Positions 10,901 to 23,864 of a DNA stretch of 64,000 nt are shown one piece after another. A program made the translations under genes and the position numbers. The notes under the pieces are model-generated. The model was not told the DNA's origin. It saw nothing but the letters and a program-made list of their open reading frames with translations, and searched no databases. Each line of letters opens with the position of its first letter. The first letter of the stretch is position 1. Source of the stretch: Macrostomum lignano (taxonomy: Eukaryota); assembly GCA_002269645.1 (NCBI GenBank), contig NIVC01001199.1, forward strand, positions 124,001-188,000, in the 5' to 3' direction.

Positions 10901-13900
10901 ACGGAGGATTAAAAGTACAAACAAATTACTCATAATACCTGGCGACAAAGCAATACTAAATTTTTTAGAAAATCTTACTTAGACTTCATTTTCAAGCCTC
11001 TTATCCTTGGCGCAATAAAAGTTTGACGTCTGAGAGCAACTATGAAGGCTATATAAAAACCAAAACTTAGGCCCTACAAAAGCCACGACAAAGGCCCTAT
11101 AAAAGCAACAGAAGGGTCCTAAAAGCTCACGCTAAGCTCCGATCGTTGCCGAAGGCGCTGTTGCCTTCGCAGCAGCACCAGGCCGGCGGCCAGGTCGGAG
11201 GCCACCAGATTCAGATCCGCGAACAGTGGCGTCAGTCGCAGCGCCGCGTCGGTCAGGCCGAACGGCAACGACGACGAAGTCGATCGTGAGGTAAACGGTG
11301 GGCAGCACAGCTGACGACGGCGTATGGACGTCGGCGGGGGCGGTGGAAGCGGTGGCAACTGGCCAGGCAGCTTCTTGTTGCTGTCGCAGCTGCCAAACAT
11401 TGCAGGCGTGCGGACGGGCGGGGTGATTGTGAGAACACTGATGACATGGATTGTAGCAACCACTGTTCTATCTTGTTTCTGTCTGTCTGTCTGTCTGTCT
11501 GTTTGTATGTCAGCAGAAGACTTTCTAATCGCACATTTCTCTCAACTCTGCATAGGAAATGACAATAGTTTCTTGAAATAGACTAACTTATCCCCGTCGG
11601 CGTCAATCAGGTTGTCATGGTAACAGCTGCGACTATCGATGAGCTTCTTTCCGCGGCGGTCATGTTTTCGCGCGCCCAACCGACGCCAGCGGCAAGAGTC
11701 GCAGCCGAGCCGATGCAGCAGGCAGATCAGAGCGCCGGAAATCAGCAGAGCCACTGTCCAATCGATTGCAGATACGGCTGACAGGAGAAGAGAAAAAACA
11801 GCGGGCGGTTGATTCACTTACTTACAGTAGAACCATACGCGTTTGAATGATAATTTGGAGGTCATATCAAATCTTGTCAAAGATATAATATTTCACGATT
11901 TTTTTCAATCTGAACCACCCCTCCTCTCATTCTCAATATTACCCTCTTCTCACTCTCAGTGTCTATCTCACCCTCTTCTCACTCTCAGTATCCATCTCAC
12001 CTTCTTCTCACTCTCAATGTCTATCTTACTGTCTGCTCACTCTCAGTGTCTATCTCATCCTCTTATGAGTGTCAATCTCAGCCTCTTCTCACTCTCCATC
12101 TCACCCTCTTCTCCCTCTCGGTGTCTATCTCACCCTCTTCTCACTCTCAGTATTCATCTCACCCTCTTCTCACTCTCAGTATTCATTTCACCCTCTTCTC
12201 ACTCTCAGTGTCTATCTCACCTTCTTCTCTCTCGGTGTCTATCTCACCCTCTTCTCACTCTCAATGTCCATCTCACCCTCTTCTCACTCTCAGTGTCTAT
12301 CTCACCCTCTTCTCACTCTCAGTGTCTATCTCACCCTCTTCTCACTCTCAGTGTCTATCTCACCCTCTTCTCACTCTCAGTGTCTATCTCACCCTCTTCT
12401 CACTCTCAGTGTCCATCTCACCCTCTTCTCACTCTCAGTGTCCATCTCACCCTCTTCTCACTCTCAGTGTCTATCTCACCCTCTTCTCACTCTCAGTGTC
12501 TATCTCACCCTCTTCTCACTCTCAGTGTCCATCTCACCCTATTCTCACTCTCAGTGTCTATCTCACCCTCTTCTCACTCTCAGTGTCTATCTCACCCTCT
12601 TCTCACTCTCAGTGTCTATCTCACCCTCTTCTCACTCTCAGTGTCTATCTCACCCTCTTCTCACTCTCAGTGTCCATCTCACCCTCTTCTCACTCTCAGT
12701 GTCCATCTCACCCTCTTCTCACTCTCAGTGTCTATCTCACCCTCTTCTCACTCTCAGTGTCTATCTCACCCTCTTCTCACTCTCAGTGTCCATCTCACCC
12801 TCTTCTCACTCTCAGTGTCTATCTCACCCTCTTCTCACTCTCAGTGTCTATCTCACCCTCTTCTCACTCTCAGTGTCTATCTCACCCTCTTCTCACTCTC
12901 AGTGTCTATCTCACCCTCTTCTCACTCTCAGTGTCTATCTCACCCTCTTCTCACTCTCAGTGTCTATCTCACCCTCTTCTCACTCTCAGTGTCTATCTCA
13001 CCCTCTTCTCACTCTCGGTGTCTATCTCACCCTCTTCTCACTCTCAGTGTCTATCTCACCCTCTTCTCACTCTCAGTGTCTATCTCACCCTCTTCTCACT
13101 CTCAGTGTCTATCTCACCCTCTTCTCACTCTCAGTGTCCATCTCACCCTCTTCTCACTCTCAGTGTCTATCTCACCCTCTTCTCACTCTCGGTGTCTATC
13201 TCACCCTCTTCTCACTCTCAGTGTCTCTCTCATCCTCTTCTCACTCTCAGTGTCTATCTCACCCTCTTCTCACTCTCAGTGTCCATCTCACCCTCTTCTC
13301 ACTCTCAGTGTCCATCTCACCCTCTTCTCACTCTCAGTGTCCATCTCACCCTCTTCTCACTCTCAGTGTCCATCTCACCCTCTTCTCACTCTCAGTGTCT
13401 ATCTCACCCTCTTCTCACTCTCAGTGTCTATCTCACCCTCTTCTCACTCTCAGTGTCTATCTCACCCTCTTCTCACTCTCAGTGTCTATCTCACCCTCTT
13501 CTCACTCTCAGTGTCTATCTCACCCTCTTCTCACTCTCAGTGTCTCTCTCACCCTCTTCTCACTCTCAGTGTCTATCTCACCCTCTTCTCACTCTCAGTG
13601 TCTATCTCACCCTCTTCTCACTCTCAGTGTCCATCTCACCCTCTTCTCACTCTCAGTGTCTATCTCACCCTCTTCTCACTCTCAGTGTCTCTCTCATCCT
13701 CTTCTCACTCTCAGTGTCTATCTCATCCTCTTCTCACTCTCAGTGTCTCTCTCATCCTCTTCTCACTCTCAGTGTCTCTCTCACCCTCTTCTCACTCTCA
13801 GTGTCCATCTCACCCTCTTCTCACTCTCAGTGTCCATCTCACCCTCTTCTCACTCTCAGTGTCTCTCTCATCCTCTTCTCACTCTCAGTGTCTATCTCAT

Positions 13901-15000
13901 CCTCTTCTCACTCTCAGTGTCTCTCTCATCCTCTTCTCACTCTCAGTGTCTCTCTCACCCTCTTCTCACTCTCTGTGTCTATCTCACCCTCTTCTCACTC
14001 TCAGTGTCCATCTCACCCTCTTCTCACTCTCAGTGTCCATCTCACCCTCTTCTCACTCTCAGTGTCTATCTCATCCTCTTCTCACTCTCAGTGTCTATCT
14101 CACCCTCTTCTCACTCTCAGTGTCTATCTCACCCTCTTCTCACTCTCAGTGTCCATCTCACCCTCTTCTCACTCTCTGTGTCTATCTCACCCTCTTCTCA
14201 CTCTCAGTGTCCATCTCACCCTCTTCTCACTCTCAGTGTCCATCTCACCCTCTTCTCACTCTCAGTGTCTATCTCACCCTCTTCTCACTCTCTGTGTCTA
14301 TCTCACCCTCTTCTCACTCTCAGTGTCTATCTCACCCTCTTCTCACTCTCAGTGTCCATCTCACCCTCTTCTCACTCTCAGTGTCTATCTCACCCTCTTC
14401 TCACTCTCAGTGTCCATCTCACCCTCTTCTCACTCTCAGTGTCTATCTCACCCTCTTCTCACTCTCAGTGTCTATCTCACCCTCTTCTCACTCTCAGTGT
14501 CCATCTCACCCTCTTCTCACTCTCAGTGTCCATTCTATTCTCAACCTGACGCGCGAGTATATATTGTCAATCTGCAGACACTAAGAGTCTCTAACAGTCT
14601 CCCCGTCAAAGCTACATGTAGCAAAGCCTCATCAGCCCAGCCGGCGCTTACCAGCCAATAGGCGCACAGACACTGATCGATCAGAACAGTCCTTTAGCTG
14701 GGAAATCTTCTCCGGCAAGTGTTGAAGCAGCGACCAAGGCAGCAGTAGCAGTGCAAGGACTGGCAGGCTGATCAGATGCCAGGCAATTTCCAATACTAGG
14801 AGAACTGCAATAAACAGCAGAGTCAAGTAGCCAGCATACACAAAATGCGCATAAATTAGATTATGGGGAATACTTCTGGGCGGAATAGACAGCAAAACGG
14901 CTAGATAGATGAATAGATCCAGGCTAGAAATGCTCGAGGCCCAGCCAAGGAGAACCAAGGAAAATCTAGAAGAGCAACAACTCTTCCCCGACTCAAACAT
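7916..15000 (-). CDS. sn1-diacylglycerol lipase-like (lipase class 3, 4-TM N-terminus) protein, probably catalytically dead; exons ~15000-14652, 11777-11588, ~11466-11131, ~10892-10036, 9502-9246, 9151-7916
   Basis: DAGL-family motifs in order: VRLL|AAVSAIDW (TM3), LFADLNLVASDLAAGLVLLRRQQR, WLGHAG, GHGVGGGAAVIL, APPGGLLG, VIGRDAVARLGL, LQLPGRVLHVV, FDE|ILSSPSMLRDH. Phases match at 14652/11777, 10036/9502 and 9246/9151. The junctions around 11466-10892 are not fully resolved, and the start ATG at 15000 is inferred. Confidence 0.85.
9520..10022. repeat. 30-bp minisatellite in DAGL-like intron
   Basis: GACTCGGACACGCCCACCTCACTCCCTGAT, ~16 copies. Confidence 0.95.
11905..14535. repeat. 29-bp minisatellite (~2.6 kb) in DAGL-like intron 1
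   Basis: TCTCACCCTCTTCTCACTCTCAGTGTCTA; the source of the spurious 800-900 aa ORFs. Confidence 0.97.
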
Positions 15001-15439
15001 CCAATTTTCAGACAACTATAGGCCGACTGCAAGTTCTTGTGTGTGCAGCCTACAGTTGTCAAAAAACTGGGATGGCTATGGACGGGGGGAAGAGTTGCAA
15101 CTCCAGGCTCTGGTTCAACATGGGATGCGGTATGCAAATCATTTCAAGCGCAACGCTGGCGGGCAAGAAGAGGGAATTGGAAAGTCGGGAGGGCAGCAGA
15201 TGCACGCGAATCTATCTTCTATCTATAAGAGTACTAATTCGGATCAGCGGTGCTCAAACATAACTAGTGGAGGATGGCTGCTCACTTCCTAGACCAAATT
15301 GTGATACTCGACAGTCAGTCTGTGACTGATAAGCAACTTTCTGCTGTCCAATCTCTCTTATCTTCTCTCCCATCGTCTTACTTGCCTCCTCACCCTGTCT
15401 CCCCACTTCTACTCTCTCAATACGCTATCTCTCAATACC

Positions 15440-16625
15440 CTCACTAGCTCACCCTATCCTCTACTCTCTCACCCTATCCTCTACTCTCTCACCCTATCCT
15501 CTCTACCCTCTCACCCTATCCTCTCTACTCTCTCACCCTATCCTCTACTCTCTCACCCTATCCTCTCTACTCTCTCACCCTATCCTCTACTCTCTCACCC
15601 TATCCTCTCTACTCTCTCACCCTATCCTCTACTCTCTCACCCTATCCTCTCTACTCTCTCACCCTATCCTCTACTCTCTCACCCTATCCTCTCTACTCTC
15701 TCACCCTATCCTCTACTCTCTCACCCTATCCTCTCTACTCTCTCACCCTATCCTCTACTCTCTCACCCTATCCTCTCTACTCTCTCACCCTATCCTCTAC
15801 TCTCTCACCCTATCCTCTACTCTCTCACCCTATCCTCTACTCTCTCACCCTATCCTCTCTACTCTCTCATCCTATCCTCTACTTTCTCACCCTAACCTCT
15901 CTACTCTCTCACCCTATCCTCTACTCTCTCACCCTATCCCCTCTACTCTCTCACCCTATCCTCTACTCTCTCACCCTATCCTCTCTACTCTCTCACCCTA
16001 TCCTCTACTCTCTCACCCTATCCTCTCTACTCTCTCACCCTATCCTCTCTACTCTCTCATCCTATCCTCTACTCTCTCACCCTATCCTCTACTCTCACCC
16101 TATCCTCTACTCTCTCACCCTATCCTCTCTGCTCTCTCACCCTATCCTCTACTCTCTCACCCTAACCTCTCTACTCTCTCACCCTATCCTCTACTCTCTC
16201 ACCCTATCCCCTCTACTCTCTCACCCTATCCTCTACTCTCTCACCCTATCCTCTCTACTCTCTCACCCTATCCTCTACTCTCTCACCCTATCCTCTCTAC
16301 TCTCTCACCCTATCCTCTCTACTCTCTCATCCTATCCTCTACTCTCTCACCCTATCCTCTACTCTCACCCTATCCTCTACTCTCTCGCCCTATCCTCTAC
16401 TCTCTCACCCTATCCTCTACTCTCTCACCCTATCCTCTACTCTCTCACCCTATCCTCTACTCTCTCACCCTATCCTCTCTACTCTCTCACCCTATCCTCT
16501 CTACTCTCTCACCCTATCCTCTACTCTCTCACCCTATCCTCTACTCTCCCACCCTATCCTCTCTACTCTCTCACCCTATCCTCTACTCTCTCACCCTATC
16601 CTCTACTCTCTCACCCTATCCTCTA
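15440..16625. repeat. 20/22-bp pyrimidine-rich minisatellite
   Basis: CTCTCACCCTATCCTCTACT with +CT variants. Confidence 0.95.
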
Positions 16626-17179
16626 ATTTCTTACCGTACCATCTCTGCTCTCTTTCTTCTACTCTTTTTTCTCTCTACCTCTACTCATTTATCTTTTCAA
16701 CCCTCCCTTCTTCACAAAAAAATCTTTTTTAGTCCCGTCTTTCAACCTTCCACGTTCCTCAGCAACGATGTAACCTAAGCAAACGGTTTTTCAGGGCGGC
16801 TACCTTCGCCATTTCGCTTATTACTAGACGCGGGCAAAGCAGCTTTCCCAGGAGCTTTCTCTGACCGTGTCCTAAACTGTGCCAACCCAACCCCTTACAC
16901 CCGCAGCAGAGGCTGGCTGGCTGCTGGCTGACCCGCGGGATTCGAAAGAAGCCACAAACAAGCAAATGAGGAAGAAACTGCAGAGGGGAACATTTGACTG
17001 GCTACACACTTTCCCTTTGCGATTCGCTTTTGTCCTCGGCTACATCCGCCGGCAAGTCCAACACTGGCCATGTCTACACCCCAGACTTCTGTGGAGACAT
17101 TTGGGGATAGAGCGACAAAGGATTGAGCAACAGAGCAATCATACAGATGGTATGGCCAAAACGGATACTAAAAACTAAA

Positions 17180-17249
17180 TGCAGACAGGCAGACAGGCAA
17201 ACAGACAGACAGCAGACAGACAGACACTAAGACAGACAGACAGACAGAC

Positions 17250-17283
<34 letters not shown>

Positions 17284-17333
17284 CAGACAGACACTAAGAC
17301 ACAGACAGACAGACAGCAGACAGACACTAAGAC

Positions 17334-17412
<79 letters not shown>

Positions 17413-17452
17413 TAGACAGACAGACAGACAGACAGACAGCAGACAGACACTA

Positions 17453-17487
<35 letters not shown>

Positions 17488-17490
17488 AAG
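17180..17490. repeat. (GACA)n microsatellite with CTAA interruptions
   Basis: Directly visible. Confidence 0.95.
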
Positions 17491-18109
17491 GCACTGTCTG
17501 TTTATCTCGGTGTCCATAGACAGCCGCTAAGGGAGACACTAATACAGACACAAAGGCAGACGGGCATGAAAATAATGAACAGAATAATAAAGTAGTATAA
17601 CTTCTATTAGCTAAGCGAGCTACAGTAGATATATTCTGACCAGAATTTGCACACCAAAACCCAGTAGCATCAGGGCAGAGCTACACCCGCCAGTGCCGCA
17701 GTACACAGTGGACTAAAACAGAGCAAGTATAGACTAGTTTCCCTTATAAGTCTGGTGTTTTTCTCAGCCGCAGAGATGATTGAAAGGCGGATCTCGGGAT
17801 GAAACTGGATAAATTTATTCGAAACTAAAAAGCCGCCCAAACCCCCTTTGGCTTGCGAGACTTCTTAGAATTTCAATCAGGACCGGTGAACGACTGGAAA
17901 TGAAAAGTTCGGCTTGCGCTAGTCGTTATTTACACGTAGAAACGGAAGAACTCAATAAATACTGACTCGGGTAAAAAGTATAGTGTCAATTCTGCTGCTG
18001 TACTTGATTAACTTTGCAAAGTAGACGCGTAGACTAATTTATATATGTGGTATTATACATATATGGTAATCCTACACAGTACACAGTAATATACACATTA
18101 CTATTAGAG

Positions 18110-19310
18110 GATGAAGAGGGCGTAGAGAAAGAGAGTGATACAACGGTATGAAGAGAGAGGGTGTGAAGAAAATAGGAAGAGAGGATGTGGAGGGTACAGG
18201 GAGTGTGTGAAGAGGGTAGAAAGAGAGTGTAGAGGTAGATAGGGTGTGAAGGGATAGGGGAAGAGGGTGTGAAGGGGGTATGGAAAGAGGGTGTGAAAGG
18301 GTAGGTAAAGAGGGTGTGAAGGGGTAGGGAGAGAGGGTGTGAAGGAGTAGACGGAGAGAGTTGAGAAAGGAGTAGAGAGAGGGTGTGAAGGGAGTGTGAA
18401 TGGGTTAGGGAGGGTGCGAAGGGGTAGGGAGAGAGGGTGTGAAGGGTTAGGGAGAGAGGGTGTGAAGGGGTGGGGTAGGGAGGGAGGGTGTTAAGGGGTA
18501 GGGAGGAAGGGTGTTAAGGGGTAGGGAGGAAGGGTGTTAAGGGGTAGGGAGGAAGGGTGTTAAGGGGTAGGGAGGGAGGGTGTGAAGGGGTAGGGAGGAA
18601 GGGTGTTAAGGGGTAGGGAGGAAGGGTGTTAAGGGGTAGGGAGGAAGGGTGTTAAGGGGTACGGAGGAAGGGTGTGAAGGGGTAGGGAGGAAGGATGTGA
18701 AGGGGTAGGGAGGAAGGGTGTGAAGGGGTAGGGAGGAAGGGTGTTAAGGGGTAGGGAGGAAGGGTGTGAAAGGGTAGGGAGGAAGGGTGTGAAGGGGTAG
18801 GGAGGAAGGGTGTGAAGGGGTAGGGAGGAAGGGTGTGAAGGGGTAGGGAGGAAGGGTGTTAAGGGGTAGGGAGGAAGGGTGTTAAGGGGTAGGGAGGAAG
18901 GGTGTGAAGGGGTAGGGAGGAAGGGTGTGAAGGGGTAGGGAGGAAGGGTGTGAAGGGGTAGAGAGGAAGGGTTTGAAGGGGTAGGGAGGAAGGGTGTGAA
19001 GGGGTAGGGAGGAAGGGTGTGAAGGGGTAGGGAGGAAGGGTGTGAAGGGGTAGGGAGGAAGGGTGTGAAGGGGTAGGAAAAGAGGGTGTGAAGAGGTAGG
19101 GAAAGAGGGTGTGAAGCGGTAGGGAAAGAGGGTGTGAAGGGGTAGTCAGGGAGGGTGTGAAAGGGTAGGGAAAGAGAGTGTGAAGGGGTAGTCAGGGAGG
19201 GTGTGAAGGGGTAGGCAGGGAGGGTGTGAAGGGGTAGGAAAAGAGGGTGTGAATGGGATAGGAAAAGAGGGTGTGAATGGGATAGTGAGTGTGTGAAGGG
19301 TTAGGGTAGA
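18110..19310. repeat. 23-bp G-rich minisatellite
   Basis: GGGTGTGAAGGGGTAGGGAGGAA. Confidence 0.93.
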
Positions 19311-19829
19311 GAGTAGTGCATTAAATTAAATAGACTTTCCGCGTTAATTTTCTACATTATCGATTAGATTACTAGACTGTCTATACCCAGTATATGCACT
19401 TTCAAAAGTCCAGTTAAAAGACCAACGAAGACTAGCCTCGCCCTATCTGATAATATTCGTAAGAGAGAAAAAGAAATAATTGGTCTGCAATGGGCCGAAG
19501 AGTTCGTTTGGCGGCAACTCGCACGCACTTCGACTGCAACAATTAGTAGTATGGAAGCCTTTGTATAAAGATGGACATGAAAAACCCTCTCTGATTAACA
19601 AATTGACCTACTTAATGCTTTTGGCGGTTAGCAATTGTTTTTAAACTAGACAAAGACATGGCATGACTAAATTCATATAAAATTCAAGGAAAACAAGGAA
19701 AAATATGGACAAAAATGATCGGCCAGAGCGATACAGAAAGCTGAAAGACAGATTAGAGAAAAAAATTAGTAAAATATATAAAAAGAGCTAGACGCTGGAA
19801 AAAGAGTGGGAGAGCAACAAGAGACATGG

Positions 19830-20320
19830 CTCGCAAGATACACACCAGGAGACAGAACGAGAGACACGGTGAGACACAAAAAGAGACACGCAGGAAATAC
19901 AAGAGACACACAGAAAAGACACAAGTAGACACACAGAAGACACAATAAGAAACACAAGAGACACAGAGGAGACACAAGAAGAGACACAAGAGACACAAGA
20001 GGAGACACAAGAAGAGACACAAGAGACACAAGAAGAGACACAAGAGACACGCAGGAGACAGAAGAGACACACGGGAGACAGAAGACACATGGGAGACAGA
20101 AGAGACACACGGGAGACAGAAGATACATGGGAGACAGAAGAGACACACGGGAGACAGAAGACACATGGGAGACAGAAGAGACACACGGGAGACAGAAGAC
20201 ACATGGGAGACAGAAGAGACACACGGGAGACAGAAGAGACACACGGGAGACAGAAGACACATGGGAGACAGAAGAGACACACGGGAGACAGAAGAGACAC
20301 ACGGGAGACAGAAGAGACAC
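19830..20320. repeat. 18/20-bp minisatellite
   Basis: GGGAGACAGAAGAGACACAC alternating with GGGAGACAGAAGACACAT. Confidence 0.9.
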
Positions 20321-20324
20321 TCAC

Positions 20325-20707
20325 ACAGCCTGGTCTTCACCAGCCGAGTCATGGCCGTGCCACATCGATGCCATCGACGCCCCAGACTCCGCGTATCGCC
20401 AGCGACGCCTTTCTCGTTGTCGTTATCATCGTCAACGCAGCAGCAGCAGCAGCATCGCCAACAACTGGCAATCACACAGGCTGCTTCTAGTAGACAGCAA
20501 GACAGCAATAACAATATTCTGAAGCCAACTGTAGCAGCAGACACAATTGCGGCAATTTTGCATCGGGAAACAATTAGCGACTCTCCTAGACTCGATGGGG
20601 TTGTTGCATTGCTCCCGGCAGCAGCCAGATAGGAGTGGGAGTGGTACAAGCTGACATGCCGTTGCGGCGACGCTAACAGCGATAGAAGCGACGAAAGTCC
20701 AGCTAGC
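20325..20707 (-). CDS. Orphan exon candidate: hydrophobic segment followed by poly-Cys string (SCWRCCCCCC) and acidic patch
   Basis: Strong acceptor TTTTCTTTGATCTAACCACAG at 20708, donor GTGAGT after 20325, open frame between them, GC-rich non-repetitive sequence flanked by satellite. Partner exons were not identified. Confidence 0.4.
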
Positions 20708-21644
20708 CTGTGGTTAGATCAAAGAAAAAGCACCAGTATGAGTAACCATAGACTCGAATTGCGAAACCTAATTTAATTTTCTAACTAATAAGAATAAGAA
20801 ATAACATTGTCGATTGAACAGAAGTGTCAAATTAAAACAGTCAATTTACATAGTGAACTTCGTTCATATAAACAAAGTTAAAGTATCGCCTTTGGCAACA
20901 CCGTGCCACCGCCAGCGCTGACAGCAGTTCTGCTTGAGCGTTACCAAACGATAAAACCATAGACACAACATTATTGCCCCATTAATCAAGCCTACCCCTC
21001 GACATTTGGCAATCTGGCTTGATCTATGCGACAATTAGTGCCACTTAGTGTCAGTCAGTCAGGTCAGCGAAACCCCAAACTGTAACGATTAATATTCACA
21101 GAGTGAAGCCTGAAAAACACACACAAAAACACAGATTTGCCAGTGCCTAAATTGTGTTGACGCTAATACTTCAAACCTATTATTCTATTAGCACTACAAT
21201 AACCACCATATGCCAAACAGATGCTGACGGACAGGACATTAATAGCTATGCACTTTACGGGGAGGGGCAGTCAGCCATATGCACTCTTATTCTATGCGAC
21301 AAATCTCATACCCTGACAGTTGACCAGCAAGCCAGGTGGCATGTTAAAAAAAACGCTCATTCCATTCATCAAGGTAAACAATGCCACTAACAAGATGGAT
21401 GGATGGATGGGTTTATCCGACTGACTGCAGCAATTAGGAAGGTCGCTAACACACTGGCACAGAGAAAAATCAGGCCCAAAATGGGATGCTCGGTTGAAGG
21501 AAAATCGAAGTCTCTATCAGGAAATTTTGCCTAAAAGCAAAAAAGCTAAGATATAAAAACAGCTCTTTAACTGTCCGTCAGTATAGCCTAAACTGTCTAC
21601 AGGTGTTTAGCACCCGGAAACATGACTTAGCATCATAGTCAGCA

Positions 21645-21830
21645 CTCCAATCATTCATCTTAGTACTTTAAACACTTACCTTGGCACTCTTAATCATTCA
21701 ATTTGGCACTCCAATCATTCAACTTGGCACTCCAATCATTCAACTTAGCACTTCAATCATTCAAATTGACACTCCAATCATTCAACTTGGCACTCCAATC
21801 ATTCCACTTAGCACTCTTCAATCATTTACC
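21645..21830. repeat. 21-bp degenerate tandem repeat
   Basis: CACTCCAATCATTCAACTTGG. Confidence 0.8.
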
Positions 21831-22789
21831 TAAGCACTATAACAAGCAACTTAGCACTCCTATAAGCCTAATTAGCAGTCAAATAAGTAAAGTCAGCAAA
21901 ATCTCGATATTCTAAAAAGCATGATTTTCAAAGAAAATGTAAAGACAGTTTAAAAAACCTATCTAGGGCTGAGTTTCTCCGATAAAGATTATAATTAGTG
22001 CATAAAAAATTCTTCAAGACTTTTTTATCGAGTGCACTCAACACAGTGAGTGGCAGCAGCAGAGGCCTGCACCCTCATCGAGCTCATCACGATGCGTGCG
22101 TGATTCAGGGCCACGGGGAAAAGACAGGAGAATCTGTCCTCCACAATTTCGCCTCGCTCCCTCTCAGCTCTTTCCCCTAGCTTGAAGATTAGGCTCGGCA
22201 AAGCTCGGCTTAGCGCAGAATGCACACACACACACTCGAGAGTACTTGCTAGCGCCTAGTAGGCAGGCGGGCAGGCTGGCATAGCGGGCTAAGCTAAGAA
22301 CAAACTAGCCATAATAACTACTACATCCAGCTTATGCCACTGTATGTAGAGATCAATAAAAATAACTAATCGAGAATATTTATTACTAGCAGAATAAGAT
22401 ATTGAATAGGATTGCCCTCTATCCAGCCTCTAGCTAGCATAGGGTTTCAGCGCAATAACCACCATATAAGGAGATCTAGCTAGCCTACTGCGAATAAATC
22501 CAAGCTTTCACTTTGACATCGAATTCAAAGTCTACAGAGATTCTTTGGCAAATTCTGCGTATTTCAACAAAATATGCTAGATTGAAATTGAATCAACTAT
22601 ACATTAAATTTGTGCTAAATCTTAATTAATCTATTGATTTCTGCTGCATTTGTATAATTAATTGAGTTTTAATAGTAATTAAGCACTGCTGCACTCATAG
22701 TGATGGCGTGGTATTGATGAATGCATAAACAGACAGACAGACAGACAGACTATTGTCTGTGTTGCTTTTGAAGAGAGAGAATGATAGAG

Positions 22790-23160
22790 AATGCAGAGGG
22801 GGAGGACTGATGGGGAGAAAGAGGAGAGCAGAGGAGAGGTAGAGAGAGACGAGAGAGAATACAAAAGATAGAGGGAAGGTGAGGGAGAGAGAGAGGGGAG
22901 AGAAGAGGGGAGAGAGAGAGGGAGAGAGGAGGGGGGAGAGGGGAGAGAGGAGAGGAGAAGAGGGGGAGAGGAGAGGAGAGAGGGAGAGGGGAGAGGGGGA
23001 CAGGAGGGGGACAGAGGAGAGGGGAGAGAGGAGAGTGGAAGAGAGGAGATGGGGAGAGAGGAAAAGGGGGAGAGAGGAGGGGGAGAGATCAGGAGAGAGA
23101 AGAGGGGGACAGAGGGAGAGAGACGAAAGTGGAGAAAAGAGAGGGGGAGAGAAGAGGGTG
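22790..23160. repeat. GA-rich low-complexity tract
   Basis: Nearly pure purine tract. Confidence 0.85.
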
Positions 23161-23864
23161 AGATTAAAACTGTCTAAACGTTGAAATTGAAACAATATAA
23201 TACTTTTTGCTCCGAATGTTTCACGCGGTGGTCGCCACCGGGACAGAGAATGTGTGTGTGAGAATTGAGAAAGCACTGCTCGAGGCGAAGTCAGTGCTAG
23301 GCTAGCTAGCAATTCCTTGCGAGTATAAAACTGGGGGGAGAAAGAGAGGAAAGAAAGTAAAACACAAGGCCAGGACTAAGACTAGTGTAATAAGGTGGGT
23401 CTAATGCAGGAATTGAGTTCCATATGGATTATTTTTGAAGCAACGAATTTCCTATCTACTCAAAGCTATACTCAAGTCGTTTATTTCTATGGGGGACGAG
23501 TGTAAGGGTATAATAATGCCGCGTGTAAAGTACTAAAGTATGTCGATCTAGAGTTATTGCAATAAGTCTGCAATGGCATCTTGACTCTGAAGAATATGAC
23601 TTTACTTTTAGACTATACAAAATCACGATTGTGGCATCCTGATTTTGGACCCGCGATGCCAAAATGTCATCAGGAATTTTCTGCTGTTCCCCCTCCAACC
23701 CTCGTTAGCTGGTGGAAATAAATGTCTTGTTTCCTGAAAAGTGTAGACTGCGGAGCTAAATTGGTGCTAATGTTTTTTTGCCACATGCCGCCCGCAAAGC
23801 CTCTCCATCCGGCCATCGGGACCTTTGAAACTTCACAATAGCAATCCGGCCCGCTCAGGATTTG

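Noticed and set aside
11843-14661. Three overlapping 826-913 aa ORFs
   Set aside because: They translate a 29-bp satellite lacking stop codons, inside a phase-consistent intron of the DAGL-like gene.
16759-17178. Short ORFs on both strands between satellites
   Set aside because: No recognisable motifs and no phase-consistent link to neighbouring exons.
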